Position numbers and translations under genes: made by a program. Of a DNA stretch of 64,000 bases, positions 28,025 through 38,657 are shown piece after piece. The stretch comes from Bacteroidia bacterium (lineage in GTDB: Bacteria; Bacteroidota; Bacteroidia; M30B66): the NCBI GenBank assembly GCA_018401705.1, contig JAGYKL010000008.1, positions 11,688 to 75,687 of the forward strand, in the 5' to 3' direction. Numbering within the stretch: position 1 is the stretch's first letter; every line of letters begins with the position of its first letter. The notes under the pieces were generated by a model, which was not told the origin of the DNA, ran no database searches, and saw only the letters and a program-made list of their open reading frames with translations.

Positions 28025-29341
28025 ATGGGAGTTGAAAATATCATTTTTATAATTGCCCTGCTGGCAGGAGGAGGCTTATTTGCGTTTAACGTACGTAAAA
28101 TCATCAGAAATATCAGGCTAGGAAAAAAACTGAATAGAACTGATCGTCAAGCCGACAGGTGGAAAATAATGACTCGTGTTGCTTTGGGTCAAAGCAAAAT
28201 GGTGGTAAGACCTGTTGCTGGATTCCTGCATCTTTTGGTTTATGTGGGATTTGTAATCATAAATCTTGAAGTTCTTGAGATTATTCTTGATGGAATATTC
28301 GGAACACATCGCTTGTTTGCACCTCTTTTAGGTGGATTTTATGATTTCCTTATAGGCTCATTTGAGATTTTAGCTTTTCTGGTAATTTTTGCGGTTGTTG
28401 TGTTTTTCATCCGCAGAAACATTATTTATATCAAGCGTTTCCGCCAAAAAGAATTGAATGGCTGGCCAAAAAACGATGCAAACCTGATTCTATTGATTGA
28501 AGTGCTTTTAATGTCGGCATTTCTAACCATGAATGCTACCGATCAGATTCTTCAATCGCGAGGTGTTGCTCATTATATTGAAGCAGGTTCATATCCAGTG
28601 AGCTCGATGCTTACAGGAATTTTCAGTTCATGGTCAACAGAAGGTTTAATGATGTATGAAAGAATTGCATGGTGGTTCCATATTCTGGGAATTCTTGCTT
28701 TTTTGAACTACCTACCTTATTCAAAGCACTTTCATATTATTCTTGCATTTCCGAATGTTTTCTACTCAAACCTTGAAGCTAAAGGTAGAATCAGCAATAT
28801 GAAGGCTGTTACTGACGAAGTAAAACTCATGTTAGATCCTTCTGCTACACCGCCAGAACCATCTGATGAGCCAGTTAAATTTGGAGCCAAAGATGTTCAA
28901 GATCTCAGTTGGAAGAGTTTACTTGATTCATATACATGCACAGAGTGTGGTAGATGTACTTCTTCTTGTCCTGCAAACCAAACTGGCAAATTGCTCAGTC
29001 CAAGGGCAATAATGATGAAGACCCGCGATAGGCTTGAGGAAGTTGGCAAAAATATAGATGCTAACAAAGGAGCCTTTGTTGATGATGGAAAAAGCCTTTT
29101 GCATGATTACATCAGTGCTGAGGAACTTTGGGCTTGTACTACTTGTAATGCTTGTGTTGAGGCTTGTCCTGTAAACATTGACCCCCTTTCAATTATAGTT
29201 GATTTGAGACGTCAATTGGTTATGGAAGAGAGTGCACCTCCGGCTGCATTAAATGCAATGTTTACAAATGTTGAGAACAATGGAGCACCTTGGCAATTCT
29301 CACCTGCCGACCGTTTGAACTGGGCTGATGAAGATGCCTAA
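28025..29341 (+). CDS. Membrane Fe-S oxidoreductase, FadF/EtfD-like N-terminal half (cytochrome b-like TM domain plus two [4Fe-4S] motifs)
   Basis: TM helices with His (GFLHLL, WWFHI, YSKHFHI); CTECGRCTSSCP and CTTCNACVEACP. Confidence 0.85.
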   Translation: MGVENIIFIIALLAGGGLFAFNVRKIIRNIRLGKKLNRTDRQADRWKIMTRVALGQSKMVVRPVAGFLHLLVYVGFVIINLEVLEIILDGIFGTHRLFAPLLGGFYDFLIGSFEILAFLVIFAVVVFFIRRNIIYIKRFRQKELNGWPKNDANLILLIEVLLMSAFLTMNATDQILQSRGVAHYIEAGSYPVSSMLTGIFSSWSTEGLMMYERIAWWFHILGILAFLNYLPYSKHFHIILAFPNVFYSNLEAKGRISNMKAVTDEVKLMLDPSATPPEPSDEPVKFGAKDVQDLSWKSLLDSYTCTECGRCTSSCPANQTGKLLSPRAIMMKTRDRLEEVGKNIDANKGAFVDDGKSLLHDYISAEELWACTTCNACVEACPVNIDPLSIIVDLRRQLVMEESAPPAALNAMFTNVENNGAPWQFSPADRLNWADEDA

Positions 29342-29373
29342 TTTATATTTTCTTGATTTGAAACTGAATAGAT

Positions 29374-30159
29374 ATGGAATTAAAGGTTAGAACCTTAGCA
29401 AGTTATAATGCAGCCGGCGAAAGTCCTGAAATACTTTTCTGGGTTGGATGTGCAGGTAGTTTCGACGATAGGGCGAAGAAAGTAACTAAAGCTGTTGCAA
29501 AAATACTGCAGGCTGCTGACGTTAAATTTGCTGTTTTAGGCACTGAAGAGTCTTGCACCGGAGATCCAGCAAAAAGAGCTGGAAATGAATTCTTGTTTCA
29601 AATGCAAGCCATGCAAAATATTGCTGTAATGAATGAATACGGCGTCAAGAAAATTGTAACTGCGTGTCCTCATTGCTTTAATACATTAAAAAACGAATAC
29701 CCTGAACTTGGCGGTCACTATGATGTAGTTCATCATACTCAACTAATAAAATCATTGTTGGACGAAGGCAGAATTCGTGTTGAAGGAGGCATATTCAAAG
29801 GCAAAAAGATAACATTTCATGACCCTTGCTATTTAGGAAGAGCAAACGGAGAGTATGAAGCTCCAAGAGAAGTTCTGAGCAAGCTCGACGCAGAATTAAT
29901 TGAAATGAAACGTTGCAAAAGCAACGGATTATGCTGCGGTGCAGGTGGAGCTCAAATGTTTAAAGAAGCTGAACCCGGAGACAAAGAAGTGAATGTTGAA
30001 AGAACAGAGGAAGCTTTAGCCTTGAACCCTAAGGTAATTGCTGTTGGCTGTCCTTTTTGCAATACAATGATGACAGATGGAGTAAAGCATGCCGAGAAAG
30101 AGAGTGAAGTACAAGTGCTTGATATTGCAGAGATGATAGCAAGTGCAGCAGACTTATAA
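29374..30159 (+). CDS. CCG-domain Fe-S protein (FadF/EtfD-like C-terminal half)
   Basis: WVGC, ESCTGD, ACPHC, FHDPCYLGR, CCGAGG, GCPFC. Confidence 0.88.
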   Translation: MELKVRTLASYNAAGESPEILFWVGCAGSFDDRAKKVTKAVAKILQAADVKFAVLGTEESCTGDPAKRAGNEFLFQMQAMQNIAVMNEYGVKKIVTACPHCFNTLKNEYPELGGHYDVVHHTQLIKSLLDEGRIRVEGGIFKGKKITFHDPCYLGRANGEYEAPREVLSKLDAELIEMKRCKSNGLCCGAGGAQMFKEAEPGDKEVNVERTEEALALNPKVIAVGCPFCNTMMTDGVKHAEKESEVQVLDIAEMIASAADL

Positions 30160-30162
30160 AAT

Positions 30163-30672
30163 ATGATTATGGAAAAATTTCTTAGTGAAGTAGGCGATAC
30201 AAACAGAGTTTGGATATATCAGGCAAACCGGTTTTTAAGCGAGCAGGAAACAGCTATTGTAAAGCAATCTGCTCTTCAGTTTGTGCAAAACTGGGCAGCA
30301 CATGGAAAAAAGCTAAGCTCTGGAGCTGATGTTATTGAAAATCTATTTGTAGTTGTTCATGTTGATGAAGCTCAGGCAAAAGCAAGTGGCTGCTCTATTG
30401 ATTCATCTGTTCACTGGATTACAGCCTTAGGCAAAGATTTAGGAATTGATTTTCTTGGGCGCACGGGTGTGGCTTATAAAGACACAAACGACACTCTGAA
30501 TTTAGTCAAACTCAATGAGTTTGAGGATTTGGTAAATCGAGGTGAAATAGACGAAAACACTCAGGTTTTTAACAATATGGCATTCACTGGTCGGGATTTA
30601 AAATACTCTTGGCAAACAACAGTAAAAGAGAGCTGGCATTCAAGATATCTTCCTGCTTCAGCGGTAAAATAA
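30163..30672 (+). CDS. Conserved Bacteroidota protein of unknown function (SGCSID motif)
   Basis: RVWIYQA.R, W.AHG..L, ASGCSIDSS, VFNN, SWH. No Walker A motif. Confidence 0.75.
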   Translation: MIMEKFLSEVGDTNRVWIYQANRFLSEQETAIVKQSALQFVQNWAAHGKKLSSGADVIENLFVVVHVDEAQAKASGCSIDSSVHWITALGKDLGIDFLGRTGVAYKDTNDTLNLVKLNEFEDLVNRGEIDENTQVFNNMAFTGRDLKYSWQTTVKESWHSRYLPASAVK

Positions 30673-30751
30673 TTAGAGAATAAAAATTTCTTTTTGCGGA
30701 ATAGGTTTTTTTCTTATTTTTGCAACCCATTTTTCAGCATTGAAAATAATT

Positions 30752-31018
30752 ATGAAAGCAGAAATCCATCCATCTAACTATCGTCTTGTAGTGTTCAAGG
30801 ATATGTCAGACGAAACAATGACTTTAACTAAGTCATGCATTGATACTAAAGAAACGATTGTTTGGGAAGACGGAAATGAATATCCGCTTGCTAAACTTGA
30901 AATATCTTCATCTTCACATCCATTCTACACAGGAAAAATTAAGCTTGTGGATACTGCCGGACGTGTTGACAAATTCCGTACTCGTTACAAAGAACACAAA
31001 GGCAAATTAAATCTATAA
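30752..31018 (+). CDS. rpmE2: 50S ribosomal protein L31 type B
   Basis: [35 protein letters not shown]. Start at ATG 30752. Confidence 0.96.
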   Translation: MKAEIHPSNYRLVVFKDMSDETMTLTKSCIDTKETIVWEDGNEYPLAKLEISSSSHPFYTGKIKLVDTAGRVDKFRTRYKEHKGKLNL

Positions 31019-31042
31019 TTTGCACTAACATATTTATGAATG

Positions 31043-31069
31043 AAAGCCTTCCACTCGGAGGGCTTTTTT
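31043..31069 (+). terminator. Intrinsic terminator after rpmE2
   Basis: AAAGCCTTCC-ACTC-GGAGGGCTTT followed by further Ts. Confidence 0.85.
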
Positions 31070-31082
31070 ATTTTTGTAAGCT

Positions 31083-32255
31083 ATGAATCTGATTCTTTTC
31101 GATGATACCCGCAGGGAGCATTTGCTTCCATTAAGTTTTACCAGACCAATTGCCGAATTCAGAGTTGGCATCCTCACGATTAGGGAGAAATGGGAGAAAC
31201 ACCTTGGTGTAAAGGCTTCCTTTCTGTGCGAAGCATACCTTCAAAAAAAATTCCCACTCGTTACAAGTGAAGAAAACCTGCTTATTGCCGGAACAATATT
31301 ACCCAACATTAAATTAATTGAGGCTGTACAGAAACTCAAATCTGGTCAAGCTTTGCGATATAATGATGACTTGATTGCAATTGCTTGCAAAAGTGAAATT
31401 TCACTTGATGAGTCAGATTACGATGTGCAAGACTATCAAGGAGAGATTATGCGCATAAATAATCTTTGGGATATTTTCTCATTGAATGATAAAGCCCTTC
31501 GGGCGGATTTTGAACTACTGACAAAAGGGCGCAAATCGGCTGACATATCTCCTGATAATAAAATAATGGGCAATCAGTTCTTTGCAGAAGAAGGAGCAGT
31601 GGCTTATCATTCGATATTTAATACTACAACAGGACCAATATATTTAGCCAAAGACTCAGAAGTTTGGGAAGGAAGTGTAATCAGAGGCCCTTTTTCATTG
31701 GGTGAACACAGCATCGTTAAATTGGCTTCAAAGATATATGGAGCAACAACTGTTGGTCCTGAAAGTCGTGTAGGCGGGGAAGTAAATAATAGCGTAATCT
31801 TTGGCTTTTCGAACAAAGGCCACGATGGTTTCTTAGGAAATTCGGTGCTCGGCGAGTGGTGTAATATTGGAGCTGATTCCAACAACTCTAACCTCAAGAA
31901 CAATTATGCCGATGTTAAATTGTGGAGCTATCCAAAGCAAGGCTTTGAATCAACAGGCTTGCAGTTTTGCGGACTAATCATGGGCGATCATAGCAAATGT
32001 GGTATCAACACTATGTTTAATACAGGAACAGTTGTAGGAGTGAGTTCTAATATCTTCGGCTCTGGTTTTCCAAGAAACTTTATACCGTCATTTAGCTGGG
32101 GCGGTGCCCAGGGAATTACCGAATATAAGCTTGCTAAAGCTGCAGAAACTGCAGAAAAAGTAATGGAAAGAAGGCATGTTCCATTTGGTGAAACAGAACA
32201 AGAGCTACTTGCTCATATTTATGAGCTAAGTGCATCATTTAGGCAAGGAGGTTAA
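31083..32255 (+). CDS. GlmU-related putative sugar nucleotidyl/acyltransferase
   Basis: LLPLSFTRP.AEFRVGILTIREKW, hexapeptide repeats, SNKGHDGFLGNS, SNLKNNY. Confidence 0.85.
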   Translation: MNLILFDDTRREHLLPLSFTRPIAEFRVGILTIREKWEKHLGVKASFLCEAYLQKKFPLVTSEENLLIAGTILPNIKLIEAVQKLKSGQALRYNDDLIAIACKSEISLDESDYDVQDYQGEIMRINNLWDIFSLNDKALRADFELLTKGRKSADISPDNKIMGNQFFAEEGAVAYHSIFNTTTGPIYLAKDSEVWEGSVIRGPFSLGEHSIVKLASKIYGATTVGPESRVGGEVNNSVIFGFSNKGHDGFLGNSVLGEWCNIGADSNNSNLKNNYADVKLWSYPKQGFESTGLQFCGLIMGDHSKCGINTMFNTGTVVGVSSNIFGSGFPRNFIPSFSWGGAQGITEYKLAKAAETAEKVMERRHVPFGETEQELLAHIYELSASFRQGG

Positions 32256-32261
32256 TTTCTT

Positions 32262-32276
32262 TGGCATACCGCTTGA
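32262..32276 (+). promoter_or_regulatory. Sigma54 (RpoN)-type -24/-12 promoter of lon
   Basis: TGGCATACCGCTTGA matches TGGCA-N-TTG with GG-N10-GA spacing. Confidence 0.6.
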
Positions 32277-32322
32277 CCTATTAAGAAAACAAGTCAAAAC
32301 CGGAGGAGTTTCTCATTGGTTA

Positions 32323-32335
32323 TGACTATTTGTCA
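32323..32335. promoter_or_regulatory. TGAC-N5-GTCA inverted repeat in the lon leader
   Basis: TGAC-TATTT-GTCA; same motif class as the boxes upstream of hsp20. Confidence 0.5.
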
Positions 32336-32354
32336 CATATTGTTGAAAGAATTG

Positions 32355-34847
32355 ATGAGCGAAAATCCATTATTTAACCGTTATCACCTGAATAATTTAG
32401 TAGATGATGACTCGGAGTTTATTCCATTATTATCAAGTGAGGATGAAGAGCAAATGAACACTGAGGAAACTCCTACAGAGCTTGCTATACTTCCATTAAG
32501 AAATACAGTATTATTTCCAGGAGTTGTAATTCCAATTACAGTTGGAAGAGACAAATCAATCAAACTTATAAAAGATGCCTACAAGGCTGATAAGATTATC
32601 GGTGTTGTTTCGCAGAAAGATATTGCTATTGAAGATCCGGCGTTTGATGATTTAAATCGTGTGGGTACAGTAGCACTTATAGTTAAGATGTTGCGCATGC
32701 CTGATGGAAATACAACTGTTATTATTCAGGGAAAGAAGCGTTTTCATCTTGACCAAGTAACTCAGGAAAATCCATATTTCAGAGCTAAAATCACTCCTTT
32801 TGAAGAAGTAAGGCCTTTAAATGACGACAAAGAATTTCAGGCCATGATTGCTTCAATGAAAGAAATTTCATTACAGATAATTCAACAATCGCCAAACATT
32901 CCGTCAGAGGCGGCTTTTGCAATTAAGAATATTGAAAGTCCTTCATTTCTAATAAATTTTATATCGTCAAATATGAATGCAGAAGTTGCTGAGAAGCAAC
33001 AGATGCTTGAGGTTGCCGATTTAAAAGCAAGAGCCGAGTTAGTGTTAAAGCAGCTTCATAAGGAACTGCAAATGCAGGAGCTTAAGAATCAGATTCAAAG
33101 CAAAGTTAAGATTGATATTGATCAACAACAGCGAGAGTATTTTCTTCATCAACAACTTAAAACAATACAAGAAGAGCTTGGGGGGAATGTATTTGAAGAA
33201 GAGCTTGATGAACTAAAGGAAAAGGGCGAAAAGAAAAAGTGGTCAGAATCGGTGATGAAGCATTTTCAAAAAGAACTTGACAAGCTTCAAAGAATTAATC
33301 CGAATTCGGCTGAATATTCAGTTCAAAGAAATTACCTTGACTTGCTTCTTGACCTTCCTTGGAACGAATACACAAAAGATAATTTCGATTTAAGGCGGGC
33401 ACAGAAAATACTTGACAAAGATCATTATGGTTTAGAAAAAGTAAAAGAGAGGATATTGGAATATTTGGCTGTTCTCAAACTTAAGGGAGACATGCGCTCA
33501 CCTATTCTTTGCTTTTATGGACCTCCAGGAGTTGGCAAAACTTCATTAGGTAAATCAATCGCTAAAGCGCTTGGAAGAGAATATGTTAGAATGTCCTTAG
33601 GTGGCGTTCGTGATGAAGCAGAAATCCGTGGGCACCGCAAAACGTATATTGGAGCAATGCCCGGAAGAATTATCCAAAACCTAAAGAAGGCCAAAGCTGC
33701 AAACCCAGTTTTTGTGCTTGATGAAGTGGATAAAATCGGAAGTGATTTTCATGGAGACCCTTCATCCGCACTTCTTGAAGTGCTGGATCCTGAACAAAAT
33801 AACACCTTCTACGATAATTATGTAGAGCAAGATTTTGACTTAAGCAGAGCTATGTTCATTGCTACAGCAAATAACCTCAGCACTATTCAACCTGCACTTC
33901 GCGACAGAATGGAACTCATTGAAGTAACGGGTTACACTCAAGAAGAGAAAGTAGAGATTGCTCGTCAACACCTTGTTCCTAGACAGATTGCTGAGCATGG
34001 ATTAACGAAAGATCAGGTTAAATTCACAAAAAGAGCTTTAGATAAACTCATTGAAGACTACACACGCGAATCGGGAGTAAGGTCGCTTGAGAAAAGAATT
34101 GCCAAAGTGATTCGTTCTGTTGCAAAATCAATCGCTCTAGAAGAAAATGTTTCAGAAAAACTTGATACTGCCGACATTATTAGAATTATGGGTCCGGCAA
34201 CTTATCATCGAGACAAGTATGAGAACAATGAAGTTGCAGGTGTAGTCACAGGACTTGCCTGGACATCTGTTGGAGGAGACATTCTTTTTATTGAAGCCCT
34301 AGCGAGTAAAGGAAATGGCAAACTTACCTTAACAGGAAATCTGGGAGATGTAATGAAAGAAAGTGCTGTTATTGCTTTAGAGTATTTAAAGGCGCATTCT
34401 GAAAGCCTTTTGGGTATTTCTTCTGAGGTGTTTAATCATTACAATGTACATATTCACGTTCCTGAAGGAGCAACTCCAAAAGATGGGCCTTCTGCTGGAA
34501 TCGCCATGCTAACAGCTCTAGCTTCGGCGTTTACGCAAAGAAAAGTGAACGCTAAATTGGCTATGACTGGAGAAATTACTCTTAGAGGAGTTGTACTTCC
34601 GGTTGGAGGTATAAAGGAGAAAATCCTCGCTGCTAAGCGCGCTGATATTCAAAATGTTATTCTTTGCGAAGAGAATAAAAAAGACGTAGATGAAATTAAT
34701 AAGGATTACCTAAAAGGAGTTAGTTTTCATTACGTGAACAGCATGCATGAGGTACTAAAACTGGCACTAAGCAAAGAAAAGGTAAAGAATCCGGTGAAGA
34801 TTGAAGTACCTGAGAAAAAACAAAAAGAGCTTAGTATAGTTAATTAG
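32355..34847 (+). CDS. lon: ATP-dependent Lon protease
   Basis: [34 protein letters not shown] (catalytic Ser), GGIKEK. Start placed at ATG 32355. Confidence 0.98.
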   Translation: MSENPLFNRYHLNNLVDDDSEFIPLLSSEDEEQMNTEETPTELAILPLRNTVLFPGVVIPITVGRDKSIKLIKDAYKADKIIGVVSQKDIAIEDPAFDDLNRVGTVALIVKMLRMPDGNTTVIIQGKKRFHLDQVTQENPYFRAKITPFEEVRPLNDDKEFQAMIASMKEISLQIIQQSPNIPSEAAFAIKNIESPSFLINFISSNMNAEVAEKQQMLEVADLKARAELVLKQLHKELQMQELKNQIQSKVKIDIDQQQREYFLHQQLKTIQEELGGNVFEEELDELKEKGEKKKWSESVMKHFQKELDKLQRINPNSAEYSVQRNYLDLLLDLPWNEYTKDNFDLRRAQKILDKDHYGLEKVKERILEYLAVLKLKGDMRSPILCFYGPPGVGKTSLGKSIAKALGREYVRMSLGGVRDEAEIRGHRKTYIGAMPGRIIQNLKKAKAANPVFVLDEVDKIGSDFHGDPSSALLEVLDPEQNNTFYDNYVEQDFDLSRAMFIATANNLSTIQPALRDRMELIEVTGYTQEEKVEIARQHLVPRQIAEHGLTKDQVKFTKRALDKLIEDYTRESGVRSLEKRIAKVIRSVAKSIALEENVSEKLDTADIIRIMGPATYHRDKYENNEVAGVVTGLAWTSVGGDILFIEALASKGNGKLTLTGNLGDVMKESAVIALEYLKAHSESLLGISSEVFNHYNVHIHVPEGATPKDGPSAGIAMLTALASAFTQRKVNAKLAMTGEITLRGVVLPVGGIKEKILAAKRADIQNVILCEENKKDVDEINKDYLKGVSFHYVNSMHEVLKLALSKEKVKNPVKIEVPEKKQKELSIVN

Positions 34848-34852
34848 ATACT

Positions 34853-36154
34853 ATGATACAATCCACAAACAATAGCAAAGAAATCCAAAAACACCTTGTT
34901 ATTGTTGGTGGTGGTTTTGGAGGTATTGAATTAGCAAAGCGCCTTAGAAAAACGAATCTTAGGATAACTTTAATTGATAGGAACAACTATCACACTTTTC
35001 AGCCTTTACTATATCAAGTTGCTTCAGGCGGTTTAGGCGCAGATTCTATAGGATATCCCTTTAGGATGATTTTCAGAGGCCAGAAGAATCTTAATTTTCT
35101 AATGACAGAGGTTCAAGAGATTGATTCTGCTTCAAAGCAGATATTGACTTCTACAGGCCCTGTTACTTATGACTTTCTAGTTTTAGCCACAGGTTCAACA
35201 ACAAACTATTTTGGCAACAAGCTTCTTGAAAAGCATGCAATGCCGTTAAAGAGCATTCCAGAAGCACTTAATTTAAGAAGTGATTTGCTTCAAGAGTTTG
35301 AACTAGCCATGCGAATAGATGATCCGAAACTAAGGCAACAGCACCTAAGTTTTGTTGTAGTTGGCGGAGGTCCAACCGGTGTTGAAACGGCTGGAGCCTT
35401 GGCTGAGTTCAAGAAGTTTGTAGTTCCACATGATTATCCAGGCTTAAACGCCTCGGAAATGGAAGTTAGATTAGTAGAAGCAGCTCCTCGATTACTTAAT
35501 GGGATGTCTGAACACGCAGGTAATAAAGCAATAAAGTATTTAAATGAACTTGGGGTAAATGTTTCATTGAATAAAATTGTAAAGCATTACGATGGGGAGC
35601 TTATTCAATTTGAAGATGGGGAGGAGTTGAAATGCAAAACGCTGATTTGGTCGGCAGGGGTTAGAGGGCAAACCATAGAAGGTCTTGGTCCAGAATCTGT
35701 TGAAAGAAGCAGGTTTCAAACTGATGAGTATTTAAGGGTGAAGGGAGAGGAAGATATCTTTGCTATTGGAGATGTTGCTGGACTGATAAGTGCAGAAAAC
35801 CCGAAAGGACATCCAATGGTAGCTCCTGTTGCAGTTCAGCAAGGAGAGCTGTTAGCGAGGAATATTAAGAAATTAGTTTTGGGTAAAAACAACCTTGAAC
35901 CATTCAAGTATAAGGACATGGGTTCGATGGCAACTGTAGGCAGAAACAGAGCAGTTGTTGATTTATCGTTTTGGAAGTTCGGTGGTTTCCTCGCTTGGTT
36001 AGTTTGGATGTTTTTACACCTTATGCTCCTAGTTGGCTTTAGAAACAGACTCGTTGTTTTTATTGACTGGATGTGGAACTACTTCAGTTATGAAAGAGCA
36101 TTGAGGCTGATAGTGAGAAAATACGAGGAATCGCCTATTGATAAGGCCACCTAA
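34853..36154 (+). CDS. ndh: Type II NADH:quinone oxidoreductase
   Basis: GGGFGG, FQPLLYQVA, GGGPTGVE.AG, FAIGD, A.QQG, GSMATVGR. Confidence 0.92.
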   Translation: MIQSTNNSKEIQKHLVIVGGGFGGIELAKRLRKTNLRITLIDRNNYHTFQPLLYQVASGGLGADSIGYPFRMIFRGQKNLNFLMTEVQEIDSASKQILTSTGPVTYDFLVLATGSTTNYFGNKLLEKHAMPLKSIPEALNLRSDLLQEFELAMRIDDPKLRQQHLSFVVVGGGPTGVETAGALAEFKKFVVPHDYPGLNASEMEVRLVEAAPRLLNGMSEHAGNKAIKYLNELGVNVSLNKIVKHYDGELIQFEDGEELKCKTLIWSAGVRGQTIEGLGPESVERSRFQTDEYLRVKGEEDIFAIGDVAGLISAENPKGHPMVAPVAVQQGELLARNIKKLVLGKNNLEPFKYKDMGSMATVGRNRAVVDLSFWKFGGFLAWLVWMFLHLMLLVGFRNRLVVFIDWMWNYFSYERALRLIVRKYEESPIDKAT

Positions 36155-36174
36155 CTAAAGTAAGTTTTTAAGAA

Positions 36175-37383
36175 TCAAATTACTGCATTTGGGATTCTCA
36201 CAATAAATTCAGTGCCTTCACCCATTTTCGATGCAATTTCGACAGTTCCATCAATTAACTTAAGAATACGTTTTACTGTATTTAGCCCTATGCCTGTGCC
36301 TGGCACTCCAAAACGATCAGTTGCGGCCAACTTCTTAAACATATCGAAAATAACATCTTGAGATTCTTTAGGTATTCCAGGTCCGTTGTCGCTAATTGAT
36401 AGCCTTAGTGTTTCGCCCTCGGCATAGGCAGTTATTTTTACAACAGCCTTCTCTTTATCATTGTATTTAATTGCATTGCTAAGCAGGTTTTGAATAACCT
36501 GATGCAGAATTGTAACATCTAAAAACACCTCGCTGATCTGAATATCAATAAGAATTTGAACATCTTCAGGAGGAGAACAAAACTCAACAACTTTTTCAAT
36601 AAAACTATCAAGTTGGATTTTCAAAGGTTCATTTGCTTGCTTATCGCTTAATGCATTTTGAAGAATTCCTTCTACTAAGTTATGGGCTTGCATTGCTTTA
36701 CCTTTAAGTAAAGCCAAGCCTTTCTCACCAAAACTATTTAGTTGTCCTTCACATTCTTCTAAAATCATCTCAGAAAGATGAACCATTCCAAGAAGTGGGG
36801 ACTTTAAATCATGAGACACAAGATGCGCAAAACGAGAGAGTTCTTCAGTTTTTCGCTCTAATTCTTGTTGTCTTTTCTGGAGTGAGGCAAGACTTTTTCG
36901 GAGCTCAAGTTGATTAACAACTTGATTAGATAAGTCTTGAAGTGCAGTCTTTTGATTCTCATTCAATTCATTGGGCTTAGTATCAAGAACGCAAAGCGTT
37001 CCTAATGCATAACCAGCATTGCTAACAAGAGGAGCTCCTGCATAAAAACGAATAAACGGACTACTTTCAACAAATGGATTATCGAAAAAGCGATGGTCTT
37101 TAGTTGTATCACTCACCATCATCAATTGCTCGGGAGTGTTAATTGCATGAGCACAAAATGAAAAATCTCTTGAAGTTTCTGATACTTCCAGCCCGGTTTT
37201 AGATTTAAACCATTGCCTTTTCTCGTCGATTAAAGAGACAAATGAAATTGGAGTTCCACAAATCTGAGCTGCGATAGAGGTAATTACATCAAATGGCTTT
37301 TCCGGAGGCGTATCAAGAATTTCGAATGAATCTAACTCTTCCAGTCTTTCTGCTTCGTTTTCAAATATTTGCGCTAATTCCAT
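36175..37383 (-). CDS. GAF-domain sensor histidine kinase
   Basis: GAF region (RQWFKS, SFCAHAI, RFYAGAPL); H-box SHDLKSPL; NLLSNAIKY, DNGPGI, GTGIGL. Confidence 0.95.
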   Translation of the reverse strand: MELAQIFENEAERLEELDSFEILDTPPEKPFDVITSIAAQICGTPISFVSLIDEKRQWFKSKTGLEVSETSRDFSFCAHAINTPEQLMMVSDTTKDHRFFDNPFVESSPFIRFYAGAPLVSNAGYALGTLCVLDTKPNELNENQKTALQDLSNQVVNQLELRKSLASLQKRQQELERKTEELSRFAHLVSHDLKSPLLGMVHLSEMILEECEGQLNSFGEKGLALLKGKAMQAHNLVEGILQNALSDKQANEPLKIQLDSFIEKVVEFCSPPEDVQILIDIQISEVFLDVTILHQVIQNLLSNAIKYNDKEKAVVKITAYAEGETLRLSISDNGPGIPKESQDVIFDMFKKLAATDRFGVPGTGIGLNTVKRILKLIDGTVEIASKMGEGTEFIVRIPNAVI

Positions 37384-37454
37384 TTATTTTAATTTTCTGC
37401 TCTTAAAATGACCTATATCTAACTATTTTTCAATTACATAACAATGATAATAAT

Positions 37455-38657
37455 TTATCCCCTATCAGAAGAAACCCAAGATAACTTTATCAACCAATAA
37501 AAAGAGAAAATAGCATAAAGAGTAAGAAGCATAATCACATTAGTGCCAGTATCAAAAGTTAGCATTAAGCAAGGCACTAAAGCAATAATTCTAATCAATT
37601 CGTAATACAATTGTAGTTTGTTGTTCTCGAGGAACTTACTAAGGCTTATAATTGCAAACAAGCTCCAAAAAATCATCGGCAAAAGTTCAATGAGTTTAAA
37701 CTTGGCAACACTAAAAAGTAACAAAGACGAAATTGAAAGTATAATTGAGAACTGAACGAAGGCATATATTTTTTTGTTTTTGGTCAAAGGCCTATCAAAT
37801 TTCTCTCGCCAAGCAGTATCTGGGATAATAATTTCCTTAACACCTGGTTTCCAGCCAGGTAATGCAATAAATACTTTCAGTTTATCGCTGAACCTCTCGG
37901 CTTGATTTGCAGTTTCAAAAATTTCCCTCCAGTAATGGAGGTTTGCCCATAAGGGGTTCCAACTATTTAGTGGAGTAGTAATTCCATAGACTACTTTTTC
38001 TTCTTCTTTCTGAAACGTCCCAAAGATTCTGTCCCAAATGATTAATGTACCACCGTGATTCTTATCAATATATTTTGGATTTGAGCCATGATGAACCCTA
38101 TGATGTGAAGGCGTGTTGAAGACATACTCAAACCAACCCATTTGCTTGATTAATTCGGTATGTATCCAAAACTGATAAAGTGTATTAACAGCTATAACGG
38201 TAATTGTTATTAAGGGATCAAAACCCAGAATAGCTAAAGGCAAATAAAACAGACTAGAGAAGAAACTTTGAAACCATGATTGTCTCAGAGCAACGCTCAA
38301 ATTATAATCCTCACTTTGATGATGAACAACGTGCGTAGCCCAGATTGAGTTTACTTCATGCCCCATGCGGTGAAACCAGTAATAACAGAAATCAACTCCA
38401 ATGAATAATACAATCCACCAAAACCAATTGGATGGGATTGTAAATAATCTTGCATTTTCGAAAAGCCAGAAGTATCCAAAGAAAATCGCTGATTTAAATA
38501 CTATACCTGAAATTTGCTGTCCGATGCCACATGAAATATTACTAATCGCATCGCTAAGGCGATATAACTTTAAATTCTTATACCACGACCAAGCCAGCTC
38601 CAATCCTATGAGGATAAAGAAAACAGGCACCGACAGAGCAATATAATTAGGTTCCAT
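37455..38657 (-). CDS. Fatty-acid hydroxylase/sterol desaturase family protein, alkylglycerol monooxygenase-like
   Basis: His boxes YYWFHRMGHE, HVVHH, QFWIHTE, TPSHHRVHHG; IWDRIFGTF. Confidence 0.88.
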   Translation of the reverse strand: MEPNYIALSVPVFFILIGLELAWSWYKNLKLYRLSDAISNISCGIGQQISGIVFKSAIFFGYFWLFENARLFTIPSNWFWWIVLFIGVDFCYYWFHRMGHEVNSIWATHVVHHQSEDYNLSVALRQSWFQSFFSSLFYLPLAILGFDPLITITVIAVNTLYQFWIHTELIKQMGWFEYVFNTPSHHRVHHGSNPKYIDKNHGGTLIIWDRIFGTFQKEEEKVVYGITTPLNSWNPLWANLHYWREIFETANQAERFSDKLKVFIALPGWKPGVKEIIIPDTAWREKFDRPLTKNKKIYAFVQFSIILSISSLLLFSVAKFKLIELLPMIFWSLFAIISLSKFLENNKLQLYYELIRIIALVPCLMLTFDTGTNVIMLLTLYAIFSFYWLIKLSWVSSDRG

